Positions 26,078 to 38,376 of a stretch of 64,000 nucleotides of DNA are shown piece after piece. The stretch is from Paraspadella gotoi. Lineage: Eukaryota > Animalia > Chaetognatha. Within the stretch, counting starts at the first letter, position 1. Every line of letters starts with the position of its first letter. The stretch covers positions 21,233,775 to 21,297,774 of the forward strand of contig CM119270.1 in the NCBI GenBank assembly GCA_051294375.1, read 5' to 3'. A program made the translations under genes and the position numbers. The notes under the pieces are model-generated. The model did not search any database. It saw nothing but the letters and a program-made list of their open reading frames with translations, and was not told the DNA's origin.

Positions 26078-27571
26078 ATGAATTCGCCGATGGAACCGAT
26101 TGGCTGCAGCGGAACGGAGATGCGGCTCTGCAGCGTCGAAGATGCCGCGAGAAAGAGTCGCTGTCGCAGCAACGAAAGCCTCCATCAGGTATCGAAAAAG
26201 TTCATCGACAGCAAATGTACCATTGATGCCAGAAATTGCTTCATTGACGGCGCCATGTTCATCTTCCCCAAGGCCGGCGACGCCGCTTTGACTTCTTTGC
26301 CGGCGCTCTTCAATCAGCGTCTCTCGCGGCGCCGTTTTCGTCGCGGCGTAGCGTCTCGAAGCGGCGTCACGAGTTCTCAAGTTCCGTCGTTGATTTGGCG
26401 CCGATCTTTCGACGCCGGAATCTTGACCGAGAAGACTACGACGCCGGTCGTCTCTTTACTTTCACACGACGCAGTAAAAATGACGCCAACGACGCCGCCG
26501 AAACTGACGACGCCAACCTCACCCAAAACGACGCCGCCGATTAAAAAGCGCGACTTTTTTGGGCGGCGAACGCCGAACGAAAAATCGGCACCGGGAGAAT
26601 CAACTTCGATACAATCGAACGACGAACCGCGAGTCAAGCATCGGGCGATGGCGCCGGTGGCGCCAAAAACTGAGAACGTGAGTCCGGGAACTGGAGCGGC
26701 GTCGATCTCGTCTGCTGGAGCGGCGACATCCTCAGCATCAGTGACGGGAGTGGAAGGAGCTCCGTTACCGTCGCCGGTGAAGATTACGGTGAAGACAGAA
26801 CCCGTGACCGAAGATAGCGCCCCCACGATTTCGGTGAAAGAAGAGCGACGATCTCCGACGCCAAGAGGGCGCTCTCTCGGCCTTCTTCCCTCTCTCTCTT
26901 CCTCTTCCTCCTCCTCTTCTTCCTCCTCCTCCGTTCGCGTCTTCATCCAACTTCGCTTCCTCTCTCTCCCTCTCTCTTCTCTCCTCTTCTCCTTCCCCAA
27001 ATCTTCAAGTCGTCGACTCGTTCTCGTCTCCTCTCCTGCAGCCGCCGCAGCCGCCGCAGCCGACCCCGTCCTTTGCTTTCCAGCGCCCTCTTCCACGCGG
27101 TTGACGCCGTTGGCGACGGCCGTGACGTCTCGCATCTTGGACGATCTTCTTCCGGGTCACGTGACGGTGGATTTTGATGGAGAAGAGGTTTCAGTGACGA
27201 GGCGGTCCAAATCGGCGGTGTTCGCGTGGGACGCCGGGAAGGCGGCGGCGGAAGCGGCGGAAGCGGCGGAAGCGGCGGAAGCGGCGGAGGCGACGGCCCA
27301 GAGGCCCATCGCGTCCGGAGCCGCTTTTGAGATTCCCTTCGGCGTTTTGACGTCAGTCGTTTCGACGCCGTCAAACTTTAGCGGCGGCGGCGGCGGCGGC
27401 GTGACAAGATCTGCGCTTCTGATTCTCGGACAGAACCCGGAACCGAAAGTGGATTGGCTCAACGCGTTCAGACATTTCGTTACAGTTTGGATCGAGACTT
27501 CGACTGATTTCGGAGATGGAATACAGGGTGGTTGGAAAAGAGATTTAAAGGGAAGTATTGTGCGCTGTTGA
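26078..27571 (+). CDS. Hypothetical Ser/Thr/Pro/Ala-rich protein (497 aa from the first ATG), or a large exon
   Basis: Uninterrupted ORF (25985-27571) that coincides with a GC-rich island in AT-rich DNA. Contains VKTE and VKEE SUMO-consensus motifs, SP/TP clusters and poly-S/poly-A/poly-G tracts. No domain recognised; strand and boundaries are uncertain. Confidence 0.45.
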   Translation: MNSPMEPIGCSGTEMRLCSVEDAARKSRCRSNESLHQVSKKFIDSKCTIDARNCFIDGAMFIFPKAGDAALTSLPALFNQRLSRRRFRRGVASRSGVTSSQVPSLIWRRSFDAGILTEKTTTPVVSLLSHDAVKMTPTTPPKLTTPTSPKTTPPIKKRDFFGRRTPNEKSAPGESTSIQSNDEPRVKHRAMAPVAPKTENVSPGTGAASISSAGAATSSASVTGVEGAPLPSPVKITVKTEPVTEDSAPTISVKEERRSPTPRGRSLGLLPSLSSSSSSSSSSSSVRVFIQLRFLSLPLSSLLFSFPKSSSRRLVLVSSPAAAAAAAADPVLCFPAPSSTRLTPLATAVTSRILDDLLPGHVTVDFDGEEVSVTRRSKSAVFAWDAGKAAAEAAEAAEAAEAAEATAQRPIASGAAFEIPFGVLTSVVSTPSNFSGGGGGGVTRSALLILGQNPEPKVDWLNAFRHFVTVWIETSTDFGDGIQGGWKRDLKGSIVRC

Positions 27572-28584
27572 TTTTTTGTGGGTTGACAAAGTTTTTAAAG
27601 TAATAAAATGTCTAATATAAAGTCTAATATAATTGATAATTGATAATTATAAATTTTAGTGAATCAGAGATATGTAGTTTTTTAAACCATTAAATTTTTT
27701 TCCCTTTTTTTTAAAATATATATATTTTTGAACGACTACCTCGAAATGTTTTTACGTAAAAGCTTTCATTTTTCGTGTATATAATTTAGTCACAATTATT
27801 TTTAGTCACAATTATTTTTATTTATTCCTATGCGTTTGTTTTGTTAAAAAATCCCCAAAGGATATATTCGTTTTCTTTCTTTTAATATCGAATAACAGAT
27901 ACTGTGACTTTACAGCAACGAAGGAAGTAGGCGATTTTGGTATTTTCACTTCCTTCCTGATTCGCTTTAGTCACGAGGACAAACGCTGTATTTACTTCGT
28001 TAAAACAAAAAATGTAACGCGAACCGAATGGGAAGGAAATGATGTCTGTTTCATGATCTTGACTCACGAGTTCGAATTCGGTGATAATGATGCATGATAA
28101 ATATCTTATTACAGGGTTTCACTATCTAATCAATATCTAATTGTTTACGTATTTAAAATTTTGTTATCGGTGCTAATATCATAAATTTTAAAATCATTAA
28201 AAAAAGCGAAAGCTCAACTCTTTTTCTATTATCATTTTTCTAGTTCCATTTAAGTAAGTAGACAGGGATTTCAACATGAAACCAACGTGGTAATGGTTCT
28301 AACATCAAAGCTTAAAAAATTGGAGTAAGGCTTTGTTTTCAAATTTAAAATAAACTAGTTACTTGAATACAAAATCTTCTTCACACGAGGCCGACCGAGA
28401 CTGTCTATGAGACCAGTAAGTTGATTTAATTGTTAAAATAGTTAATAATTAAAAAAAAAAAGTAGAAAGCTCTTGCTGAAAATGTATAATTAAATCTCTA
28501 ATGAGTAGCTGAACGCAATTGTTTTAATTGTAACAAATAAATTCACAAAATTTAAGATTTTTTCAACGACTCAATTTACTTCGC

Positions 28585-28659
<75 letters not shown>

Positions 28660-28982
28660 CAAAAACTTGTCTGTCACGTGATCAGCTTTAATCTTTGTCG
28701 CAAACATAAAAGGAATATGATGTGGTTTATTTCCGGATGCAGTATCTTATCTCTTCTATATAAGTCACCTTTCGGTCGGTCAGTCGGTATGTCTGACCCT
28801 CGGTCGGTCACACTTACATTAAATATGCCCACATTTTTTTATTTTTTTTATTCAGAAAGCTTGTCCGAGGTACAAATAATCGCAAAAAATATACACATTT
28901 TAACGAGAGTTAAAAAATGAGAAAATAAAATCAGAGGATAAGAAATATCTTTTCAAATACGAATTCCTAGATCCTGTTAATG

Positions 28983-29283
28983 TGTGTACAAAGCGCTAAG
29001 TGGGCCGAAGATGACTATCCGCAACTTCTTTAACGCCTCTCGCAGCCATGGAATGGGTCCTGGGCTTGGATCCAGGCTTGAGGGTTTTCCACGCCCCCAA
29101 GGTGGTTTATGGCCGACATCACGATTCCCGCAGGGAAGGTACCGAGTTTGGTTTGAACCCGGTTTGTGGTCAATGGTCAAACCCACGTTTGTGGTCAATG
29201 GGGTCATGAACTTTACTTTACTCAATGAGGCACCGGGTAAAAACTAAAAGTGTCATGCTGAACTTAGGCAATGCCCGACTACA
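28983..29283 (-). mobile_element. Family A element copy 3 (more degenerate)
   Basis: TGTAGTCGGGCATTGCC...GCGCTTTGTACACA on the minus strand, flanked by AATG/AATT. It has an internal duplication of gtttgtggtcaatgg in the tRNA head, has lost the TATA segment, and retains the core CCTGG-ATCCAAGC-CCAGG. Confidence 0.8.
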
Positions 29284-29936
29284 AATTATTCAGGTATAAC
29301 CTGAAGGTTAAAAATTTAAACCAATTAATCGTAAAGGATTGGCAGATTACTTAATAAACTAATCTTACTAATAATTTTGCCAAAATAAGGGTATTTATTT
29401 ATTCGCTAAGTACTCGGGTAACAATGGACTTTTTTCAATTTCAAATGCCGCCTTCAGGAAATTCTAAAACTATAAAGAATAAAAGGCGGAATTCCGAGGC
29501 AATGCGTGTCATAAATACAAATACAATATAAATACGTTAGTTATTCATAAATTTCCTAAGGAAAAGAAAGTCACTGCAGCGCAACACATTGGATGGACCG
29601 ATCTTGTTGAAAGATATGTCGAAAATGAACGGAAATACTCGGGATAACAAAGTCACTGTGGCGCAACACAATATTAGATTTTCCGTTCATGTTTCCTTTT
29701 TTTTTTTGACAGATTCTGTTATCATTTATTAGCTCAAATCGTTTTTTATATTTTGTTTATCATCTAATCTACTGTTATTTTCTCTCTCTCTATGTCTCTC
29801 TGTCTCTCTCTCTCTCTCTCTACTTATTTCTCTCTATTTTTCTCTCTATCCTGCTCTCTCTTTGTTTATCTGTTATGTTTTTCTCTTTTTATTTTGTTTT
29901 TATTTTATTCATTAGGCACATATTAGTTACGCACAT

Positions 29937-29973
<37 letters not shown>

Positions 29974-30202
29974 TGCCGTCAGCAATCAGAGATTGCAAAA
30001 GGATCACAGATTCTCATCAACGACTTTTCAATAAATTACAACATCAGTGGATTCTGGCGCCAGCAATCTCGTCCACTTGTCCGATTGCAATTTGCAATTG
30101 TATTCTGCAGCTCGAACCAAGTGGGCGTGAATGCCGACGCCAACAGTGACGCCATCCATTGCTTCCTGCAACGTTGCAATTGACTGTGGGAGGGTTCAGA
30201 CG

Positions 30203-30295
30203 CTGCCACCGCCGCCACCACCTCCACCGCCGCCGCCAGCGCCACCGCCTCCACCGCCACCGCCGCCAGCGCCACCACCTCCACCGCCACCGCCA
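30203..30295. repeat. GC-rich (CCG/CCA)n trinucleotide repeat
   Basis: ccaccgccgccaccacctccaccgccgccgccagcg iterations; poly-Pro on + and poly-Gly on -. Confidence 0.85.
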
Positions 30296-31299
30296 AGGTT
30301 GCCTTCAAAACCGATCTCGCAAATTTTAGTTTTAAATGTTTCAGTTTTTTTTTTTTATATAAAAAAAAATATATTCAACGAAAAAAAAAAGAAATTCTCT
30401 AGGAAGTAAAATTAAAATGAGTTAAAATATCTTAACCTTTAAGTTAAAATTTGAGCTATTTAAATATACGCTTCCTTAAAAGATCGAGAGTACATATATG
30501 ACGAATGTTATTTCATATTTTTCAATTTAAAGTCACGAAAACATTTGAGTGTTTTTATGTTTATATATACTTTGTTTTTTATTTTACTTCGTCGAGAAAG
30601 AAAGAGAGCTCAAGGGGAAAAAATACCAAGACTTGAGAGACGAAATAGTCGTTTTGAGAAAGAGAGAGACGGAGACGAAGCCTGATAGAGACAGAGTCGT
30701 CCCCGGGTTTTTATGCCTCCGATTCTTTTATTCCTTTGTATTTATGCAAAAATTTGCTTTCGCGTCACCGACAAGATCGTAATGCGATTTCTCGTTGAAT
30801 TCACTACGGGGAGGAACACACTCCGAGCGGATATAACAAACCTTCGAGATCGGTTATAACGAAAGAAATAGAGAAAATACTCTGTTTCACGTTCTCCAGA
30901 AATACGACACAGATATTCACACAGATAATATTTTAGCGATTTGCGAAGAATGTCAGTTTCGTTTTAATAATTAAAAGCCAAATCACAACGATACTGGTTT
31001 CCCTGTTTCTACCGGGAAATAATTTCCAGAAGCGGAATTACATGAAAGTGAGATTCACGGACACAAAGCTTCTTCGTGGTTTCGTCACGCCTTACTTGTT
31101 ATTCACTTTGTCACAGCTCACTCTCACCTCACTTTATCTCAATTTATCTCACTTTACCCTAACTTTCCATTCGTCGCACTTCACCTCAACTTCACTTTCT
31201 CTCCCTTTATCTCACTTTCTCTCACCTTACCGCAATTCCACTTATAAAAGTTGTACGAGCAATAACAAAATTATCCATTCATTTAATAAATAAGCTATC

Positions 31300-31410
31300 T
31301 TGCTCTTGACTTTGGACAGGCTTTGGTGGCTTAAGGCCTCCATCACTCTTACAAGATAATGACATAGCAGGTGCCTGCAAGCTTTCAATCAAGACTCTCT
31401 CACAATCTAG
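31300..31410. repeat. Fragment of a dispersed repeat family
   Basis: cctgcaagctttcaatcaagactctctcaca matches the reverse complement of ~1803-1840. ttggacaggc...ctctta(c)cagataat...ctctcacaat recurs at ~23130-23185. Confidence 0.5.
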
Positions 31411-31624
31411 TTTATTCACTTGCAAAGTACTTTGCTTATGTATTAATGTAGTTGAATAATAATTTATTAAACTGTTTTAATGATACCTGACCTTCCATTT
31501 ATTTCGCCTCACCTGATACTCACCCACTCTCTTGAGTACTTCACACCGGAGTTGAACCCGCGATGAAAAAGGGCGACTAAAAATAAAAGGAGTAATTGAT
31601 GGTAAGTCGGCTTAAAACAGAACC

Positions 31625-31690
<66 letters not shown>

Positions 31691-31760
31691 AGAGTAAATA
31701 GCATTTCTCTGTCTTCGAACTATATCTGAAAAACAAACAACTAGTTGCGCATCACAGAGA

Positions 31761-31800
<40 letters not shown>

Positions 31801-33284
31801 AGTAGAGAGAGTAGAGGAGAGTAGAGGGAGAGGGAGAGAAAGCCAATAATTTATTTCGTTTCGCAGCAAAATCGCGAAAAGTTGAGCTTCTTTCCTCTCG
31901 ATAATGTACAGAAGGACCCGTATAAGCCGCATGACAAAAGCGGCAATCCTGTACGGTCAAAAACCTTTTAATACGATTTAAAAAACCAAATAAAAAATGG
32001 TTAAAAGTGGAAGAAACTTTTTCGAAAGCTTCGTGAGCGAGGCAAAATGTAAAACTATCGAATAACCTTATCAATTAAAAATTCAAAAAATTAATTAAAA
32101 AATTTACTTAATGACGATAGAATTACAGTTAAAATCGCTTTTTGCGACTTTTGATCGGATGCACTTCAAAAGTCATAAACCGATTTTTTTTCCTTCTTTT
32201 TATTTCAAAATCCGATGAAAGATTTTTCTTCTCTTGACGCCGAAATTAATTCCCTTCTTGATTTAAAACCGGAAATTGGTTCCGCCCAGACGGCGACGCG
32301 TTGGAAGTCGAGGAGTATCGTTGGCGAAGTTGCGGGTTCGAGACCCACGACCGATGGGGATTTTCTATCAGTAGGATCAGATGCTGAGGCTTGGTAGTTA
32401 CTATTTAGTATTTACCATATCAGAGCTCGCTTATTTAATCAAAGATAAAAAAAACTAACTTTGGACACGAGTTAATTTTAGACGAATCACAACAAAAAAT
32501 GAAAACCGAGCTTAAGACTGCAACGGCTGAATAAGCGGTTTGGCAATGGAGTTTTTGTGGGATATGTGCAATCTGCAATTGCAATCTGCAATTTCTCGGA
32601 TGATAAACGACAATGTGATCCCGATCCTTTTTGTTGGAAATGACTTATTTACCAGCAAATGCTACAAAGAGACCCGCGGGACCCTACTCACATTTTTATT
32701 TCATCGTCTATTGCAATTGCAACTGTAGCATCAACGATTGTAATTGAATCTTCAACCAACCCGCGCACACCACCTTGGGTTCGCCAGACGCGCGACGCCG
32801 TTCCGGAAGTCGAGGATCCCATCAGTTTGGCGAGCTCTCGGTCTCGCACCACCCTGCACGACGCGATGGGATTTCTATAGTAGGTCACTACGCATACGCC
32901 TGAGGTTGGTAGTTCACACTATTAACTATCGTACTATACTCAGCAGCTCCCTCTCACCTTTAACTAAAACGCACCCTCCCCACCAAAAACTCAACCTCTT
33001 CCCGACACCGAGTTACTGCTTTAGTAACACCCACTCCCACACAAACACGGACCCCACACACCGCAGCTTCCCAACGCACTCGCCCACACGCGCTGAATAA
33101 GCGGTTTGCAATGGCAGTTTTTGTGGGATATGTGCAATCTGCACATTTGCAATCTGCAATTTCTCGGTAATAAACGACAATGTGAGTCCTGGACCTTATT
33201 AAATGTTGGAATTGACCTATATCCAGCAAATCGCTACAAAAGAGACCCGCGGGACCCTACTCACATTTTTTATTTTCATCGCTT

Positions 33285-33990
33285 ATTGCAATTGCAACTG
33301 TAGCATCAACGATTGTAATTGAATCTCACTCACGTTTCGCTATGCAATGTGATCAACGATTGTAATAATTTGCCATACGTTTGCTATTGCAAACTGTAGC
33401 ATCAACGATTGTTTTCAGAATCGCAGGCATCACGTTTGCTATTTGCAACTGTAGCATCAACGATTGTAATTGAGAATCTGCAGCATCACACGTTTGCAAT
33501 TGCAACTGTAGCATCAACAGCACTTGTAATTGATCTGCAGCTATCAACGTTTGCTATTATGCACTGTGCAATAACGATCTTGATAAAATGGAATTTTGCA
33601 GGCATCAACGTTGGCTATTTATCAACGTAGACATCAACGATTGTTACTTGGAATCTGCAGCATCAATGTTTCTAATTGCAATCTGTAGCATCAAGATTGT
33701 AACTNNNNNNNNNNNNNNNNNNNNNNNNNGAATCTGCAGCATCAACGTTTGCTATTGCAACTGTAGCATAATCGTTTGCAATTGCAACTGTAGCATCAAT
33801 AATTGTAATTTAATCTGCAGCATCAACGTTTGTAATTGTAACTGTAGAATCAACGATTGTAATTTAATCTGCAGCATCAACGTTTGTAATTGCAACTGTA
33901 GAATCAAAGCTTGTAATTGCAACCGCATCATAAACGATTGCAATTGTAACTGAGGCATCAACGATTGCGATTGCAACTGCAGCATCAATG
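33285..33990. repeat. 54-bp (2x27-bp) minisatellite spanning a 25-N gap
   Basis: Unit GCAACTGTAGCATCAACGATTGTAATT-GAATCTGCAGCATCAACGTTTGCTATT; gap at 33705-33729. The array recurs at ~44855-45585. Confidence 0.9.
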
Positions 33991-34118
33991 ATTTTCCGAA
34001 AATGAGTCACTGACAACGAAATCCATGATTCATTTCTTTGCAAAGAAAGTGACGCGCGAAGCCACTGAAAAGAGGAACGATTGAAAATCGTCGTTATCGT
34101 CGTCGTCGTCGTCGTCAC

Positions 34119-34161
<43 letters not shown>

Positions 34162-34740
34162 GTCATCACCATCACCATTATTATTATTATCCAGGTCCAG
34201 CAATCACTCTTCACTCTTCACAAAACAGTTACTCCGATAATCATAGAAACGCGGTAGACATCGTTCGACGCTTCTTTCTTTTCGTTGTGTTTATATAATT
34301 AAGAAAAAACGATTTATTTAAATGCAGGGTAAATTTTTGGAAGTGAATGAGTAATAAGAAGCTATTAAAAATGTCATGAATTAATAATAGAAAGAAGTAA
34401 ATTGTAGGAGTGAATAAATAAGACAAACAAATGAATTAGATAATTAATGAATAATAGAATAAGGATAAAATCGAAAAAAATCCGCCAGAGGAAAAAGGAC
34501 TTTTCTTCCTCGCGACAGAAGGAAATCTAATCCAAACAAAAGATACACAAGACGGAATAAACAACGATGATGAAGATGACGACGACGATGACGACGACGA
34601 AGACAACGACGACAAAGCTCCAGGATGTTTTCTCTCTCAATTCTGATCAAAATACAAAAGAAAAGAAAGACAAGGAAAAGAAAGTTAACCTGTTTATTTT
34701 TTCGATGCGAAATAAAGGTTGTCACAATATCAATCTGGAT

Positions 34741-34782
<42 letters not shown>

Positions 34783-34932
34783 CTCGTCTGCTATTTCGAT
34801 TGCTTTTTACAATTTCCTATAGACATGTTTGTTTCGATTAATTGGTTTCTCCGGTTTTTATGCTTGCTCCCACATTTTCTTTGTTCGCCTCTCTCTCTCT
34901 CTCACTCTTCTCTCTCTCTCTCTCTCTTCGAT

Positions 34933-34973
<41 letters not shown>

Positions 34974-35661
34974 CTCTCTCTCTCTTCTCTCTCTTTAATC
35001 TTTCAACGTTCTCTCGCTTTCTTTTGCTTCCATGAAAAAAAATCTTTCCATCAAATCTTTGCCAATATTCTCAATGCAACACTGTTTTACTTTCTTCCAC
35101 TCATCCTCTCTCTTGTCTCTCTCTCTTTATCCCCCCTTCTCTCTCTCTCAATCACCCAGGATGCCCCTCGGGTTATCGGGCCCGACGCACCCTCTGAGGC
35201 CTTCGTCTATCTTTTCAATGCTTCCATCCGCACAAAGTACAGGCGGCCATACTTTCAAAAGGGATCTAAGTAGGCCAGAGGAGAGAGAGGAGAGAGAAGA
35301 GAGGAAGAGAGCGACAGAGAGAGAGAGAGACGAGACGAGAGAGAGAAGAGAGGAGGACGAGAGAGAGACAAGGAAAGAGAGTCTTGAGGAACACAAGAGT
35401 TTTTACTACCGCGAGATTTAACCTCTCAACTAAGGGCCTTATATCTCGTCTCACTTTCCTTTCTGTCCTGACTGATTTATTTCTATTCTATCTACAAAGA
35501 GATAGTTATATATGATAGTTCGATATGGGGAAAATTTAGATCGAAGCTTCATCCAAATGATAAACAAAAAAAATAGTCCTAAAATTAAAAAAAAAACGAA
35601 AAATTGACGATTTGTTTTTCGCCCAAAATGAGGTCAACGTTTAACCCTCTCTCTCTCTCTT

Positions 35662-35716
<55 letters not shown>

Positions 35717-35900
35717 CTCTCTCTCTCTTCTCTCTCTCTCTCTCTCTCTCTGTCTCTGTCTCTCTCCTTAGACTCTCAGACTCCGTGTCTTTGTTCAATA
35801 TAAGCTACTCTCAACTTTCTCTCTCTTCAAAGTAAACAATTCCTGTCGGTGACCTCGAAAAGCCATTGAGCTAAATAACTTTGGAGAGAGCAAGATAGAG

Positions 35901-35955
<55 letters not shown>

Positions 35956-35994
35956 AATATTGTAAGAAAAAAATTGATAGAAGGCAAGCAAAGT

Positions 35995-35995
35995 T

Positions 35996-36027
<32 letters not shown>

Positions 36028-36113
36028 AAAGAAAGAAAAAAAGAAAAGAAAGAAAGAAAAAAGAAGAAAGAAAGAACTAAACAAATAAAAACGAAAGAAA
36101 GAAGAAAGAAAGA

Positions 36114-36144
<31 letters not shown>

Positions 36145-36660
36145 AAAAGAAAAGAAAGAGAAAAGAAAAAAGTTAAATGTTCGCAAAGAAAGCGAACTTT
36201 ACAAAAAAGTGTATATTATAAAGAAGAAATAAAAAATAAAACAAACCAAAAAAATTACTAAACAAACAAACAAACACATATATAATACATCTCCTCTCTT
36301 TCAACTAAAAAGGTCAAAGTCTTTCTCCTAAAAATCCTTTCCTCATTTTTAATGATCCAAGATTTTAGGAGAAACACCGCTGTTTTCTCTCTTTGTCTCT
36401 GTTTTTCTCTTTTTTTCTCTCTTTTCTCTGTTTTCTCTTTTCTCTGTTTTCTCTTTTCTCTTTTCTCTGTTTTCTCTGTTTTCTCTTTTCTTTGTTTCTC
36501 TGTTTTTATCTTTTCTCTTTTTATCTGTTTTCTCTTTTCTCTGTTTATCCGTTTTCTCTCTCTTTTTTATCTTTTCTCTGTTTTCTCTGTTTCTGTTTTC
36601 TCCTTTTTCTTTTTCTTTTTCTCTGTTTCTCTTTTCTCTGTTTTTTCTTTTCTCTGTTAA
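35995..36660. repeat. (GAAA)n tract and (TTTTCTCTG)n-like tract
   Basis: Simple repeats visible directly at ~35995-36170 and ~36380-36660. Confidence 0.85.
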
Positions 36661-38376
36661 ATAGTATTAATTTTTTAAAATCTTTTTAGAATCATTAAAC
36701 GGAGTTTCAGGAACGCCTAGAAAATCCAATAGAATGTAGGAAAATGTTTACAAAACTTAATGAGATTTTTTAACAATTTTTTTTCCTCAAAATTTAGAAA
36801 CTAGAATAAAACGCTTTGAGAATCGGATAAAAATTGTAAAAAAATTCGTAAAATTTGTCAAAACGTGACGTAAATCGATAAAATGAGTGACGACTGGAAG
36901 AATGAAGCCTAAAATCGAAATCCATATCTTAAGGGATTAACCTAAAAACCAGGACAGAGATTGATCGATTCTCTTTTATTTAAGTATTTAACTTAAACTT
37001 TAAATTCAAAATTTTTGTCACACACGTTTTTTTAAGAGCGGGTGCGTATTTTAAGAGGAAATTTATGTCGTCACACAATTTTGAAAGTAAAAAAGGGAAA
37101 AAAACATTGGACGAAGAATATGTAAATTAGAAAAACAACGTCTTCGGTGGAATGTTTGGTCAAACTTTTAAAATCCCCCTTTCTTAGCTAGAGTATATTT
37201 TCCATTTTCTTGACCCAGCCAATTGCCCCGTCCATGCTAATCTGACATGCCCGGTCGCCCGTCCATGCTAGTCCCACAATCGCCTAAATCGTCGCATGAT
37301 TCTTGTCATTTCATTTCAACTTACCACAAATTTCTCATTTTCTCTCCGAATCGAGAAAGGGCCACGCCTACCAAGCCATCGCCCAATCACGAAGCTTCAT
37401 CCCATGAGTCACGAATCAACGTACTTCCGACGGTTCACTTCAGTGCACATTGATCGGCGTTCGTGAGAAACGGGACGCAGTTGTTTTGTCTGTTATTTGA
37501 GTTTTTAAATAGGAAATCGAGTTAAACTTTCATAATTGCAATTAATACTTTCTTTTTGTTGCTTTTTAGTTAAAGAGAAAACAATAGTTTATTTATTATA
37601 ATCCCGTTGTTTTTAAATCAATAAACTTTTGTTTTCACTCTATTCAATAACAAAAATGTATGGAAACGAATAATAAATGAAAAAAAGATATATAAAATAC
37701 TATAAAAAAAAGTAAAAAATAAATAAAGAAATAATAAAGAAAGAAAAAAAAGAAATTAGAAGGAAAGAAAGGAGGAAAGAAAAAAGAAGGAATAAAAGAA
37801 ATAAAAAGAAGGAAGGAAAGAAGATTAAAGAAGAAAGAAAGAAGAAGGAAAGAAAGAAAGAAGGAAGAAATAAAGAAGGAAGGAAAGAAAGGGAAGAAAA
37901 GAAAGAAGAAGAAAAGAAAAGAAAAAAAAAAAAAGAAAAGAAAGAGGAAAGAAGGAAATAAAGAAATAAGAAAGGAAAATAATATATAAGTATTGCCTTT
38001 TTTCATTTTTCCTGCGGTTTTTCTTCCCTCAATAATTCCATAACAAACATAAATCATTCATGTTTCATACAAGTTTAAAGCAAAAAAGGTTTTAAGCAAT
38101 TCTAAAATATATGCATATTAATAATCATTTTTATATTAAAAATACTTACAAATTTACGTAATATCCTAGATTAAGATCAATAATCATAATATCGGATGAA
38201 GAAAGTTTCGTTAAAGAATTGTCATTAAATAAGTGGAAAAAAATTAGGAGAGAATCGAACGTCTTGTCTTGCCTTGAATTAAATAAAGTAAACTAAATAA
38301 TTTTTATTATATCAATATTCACAGATGAATAAAACGCGGAAACAGATAAATNNNNNNNNNNNNNNNNNNNNNNNNN

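Noticed and set aside
30196-30302. Possible Gly-rich terminal exon on the minus strand (GNLGGGG...GSV*)
   Set aside because: Weak acceptor and no linked upstream exons identified; indistinguishable from a trinucleotide repeat.
33285-33990. CRISPR-like array
   Set aside because: Eukaryotic context, and the units are contiguous with no unique spacers.
37200-37480. Promoter-like patch (CCAAT boxes, E-box TCACGTGAC in the duplicate at 49331)
   Set aside because: No associated gene could be reconstructed, and the E-box differs between the two assembly copies.
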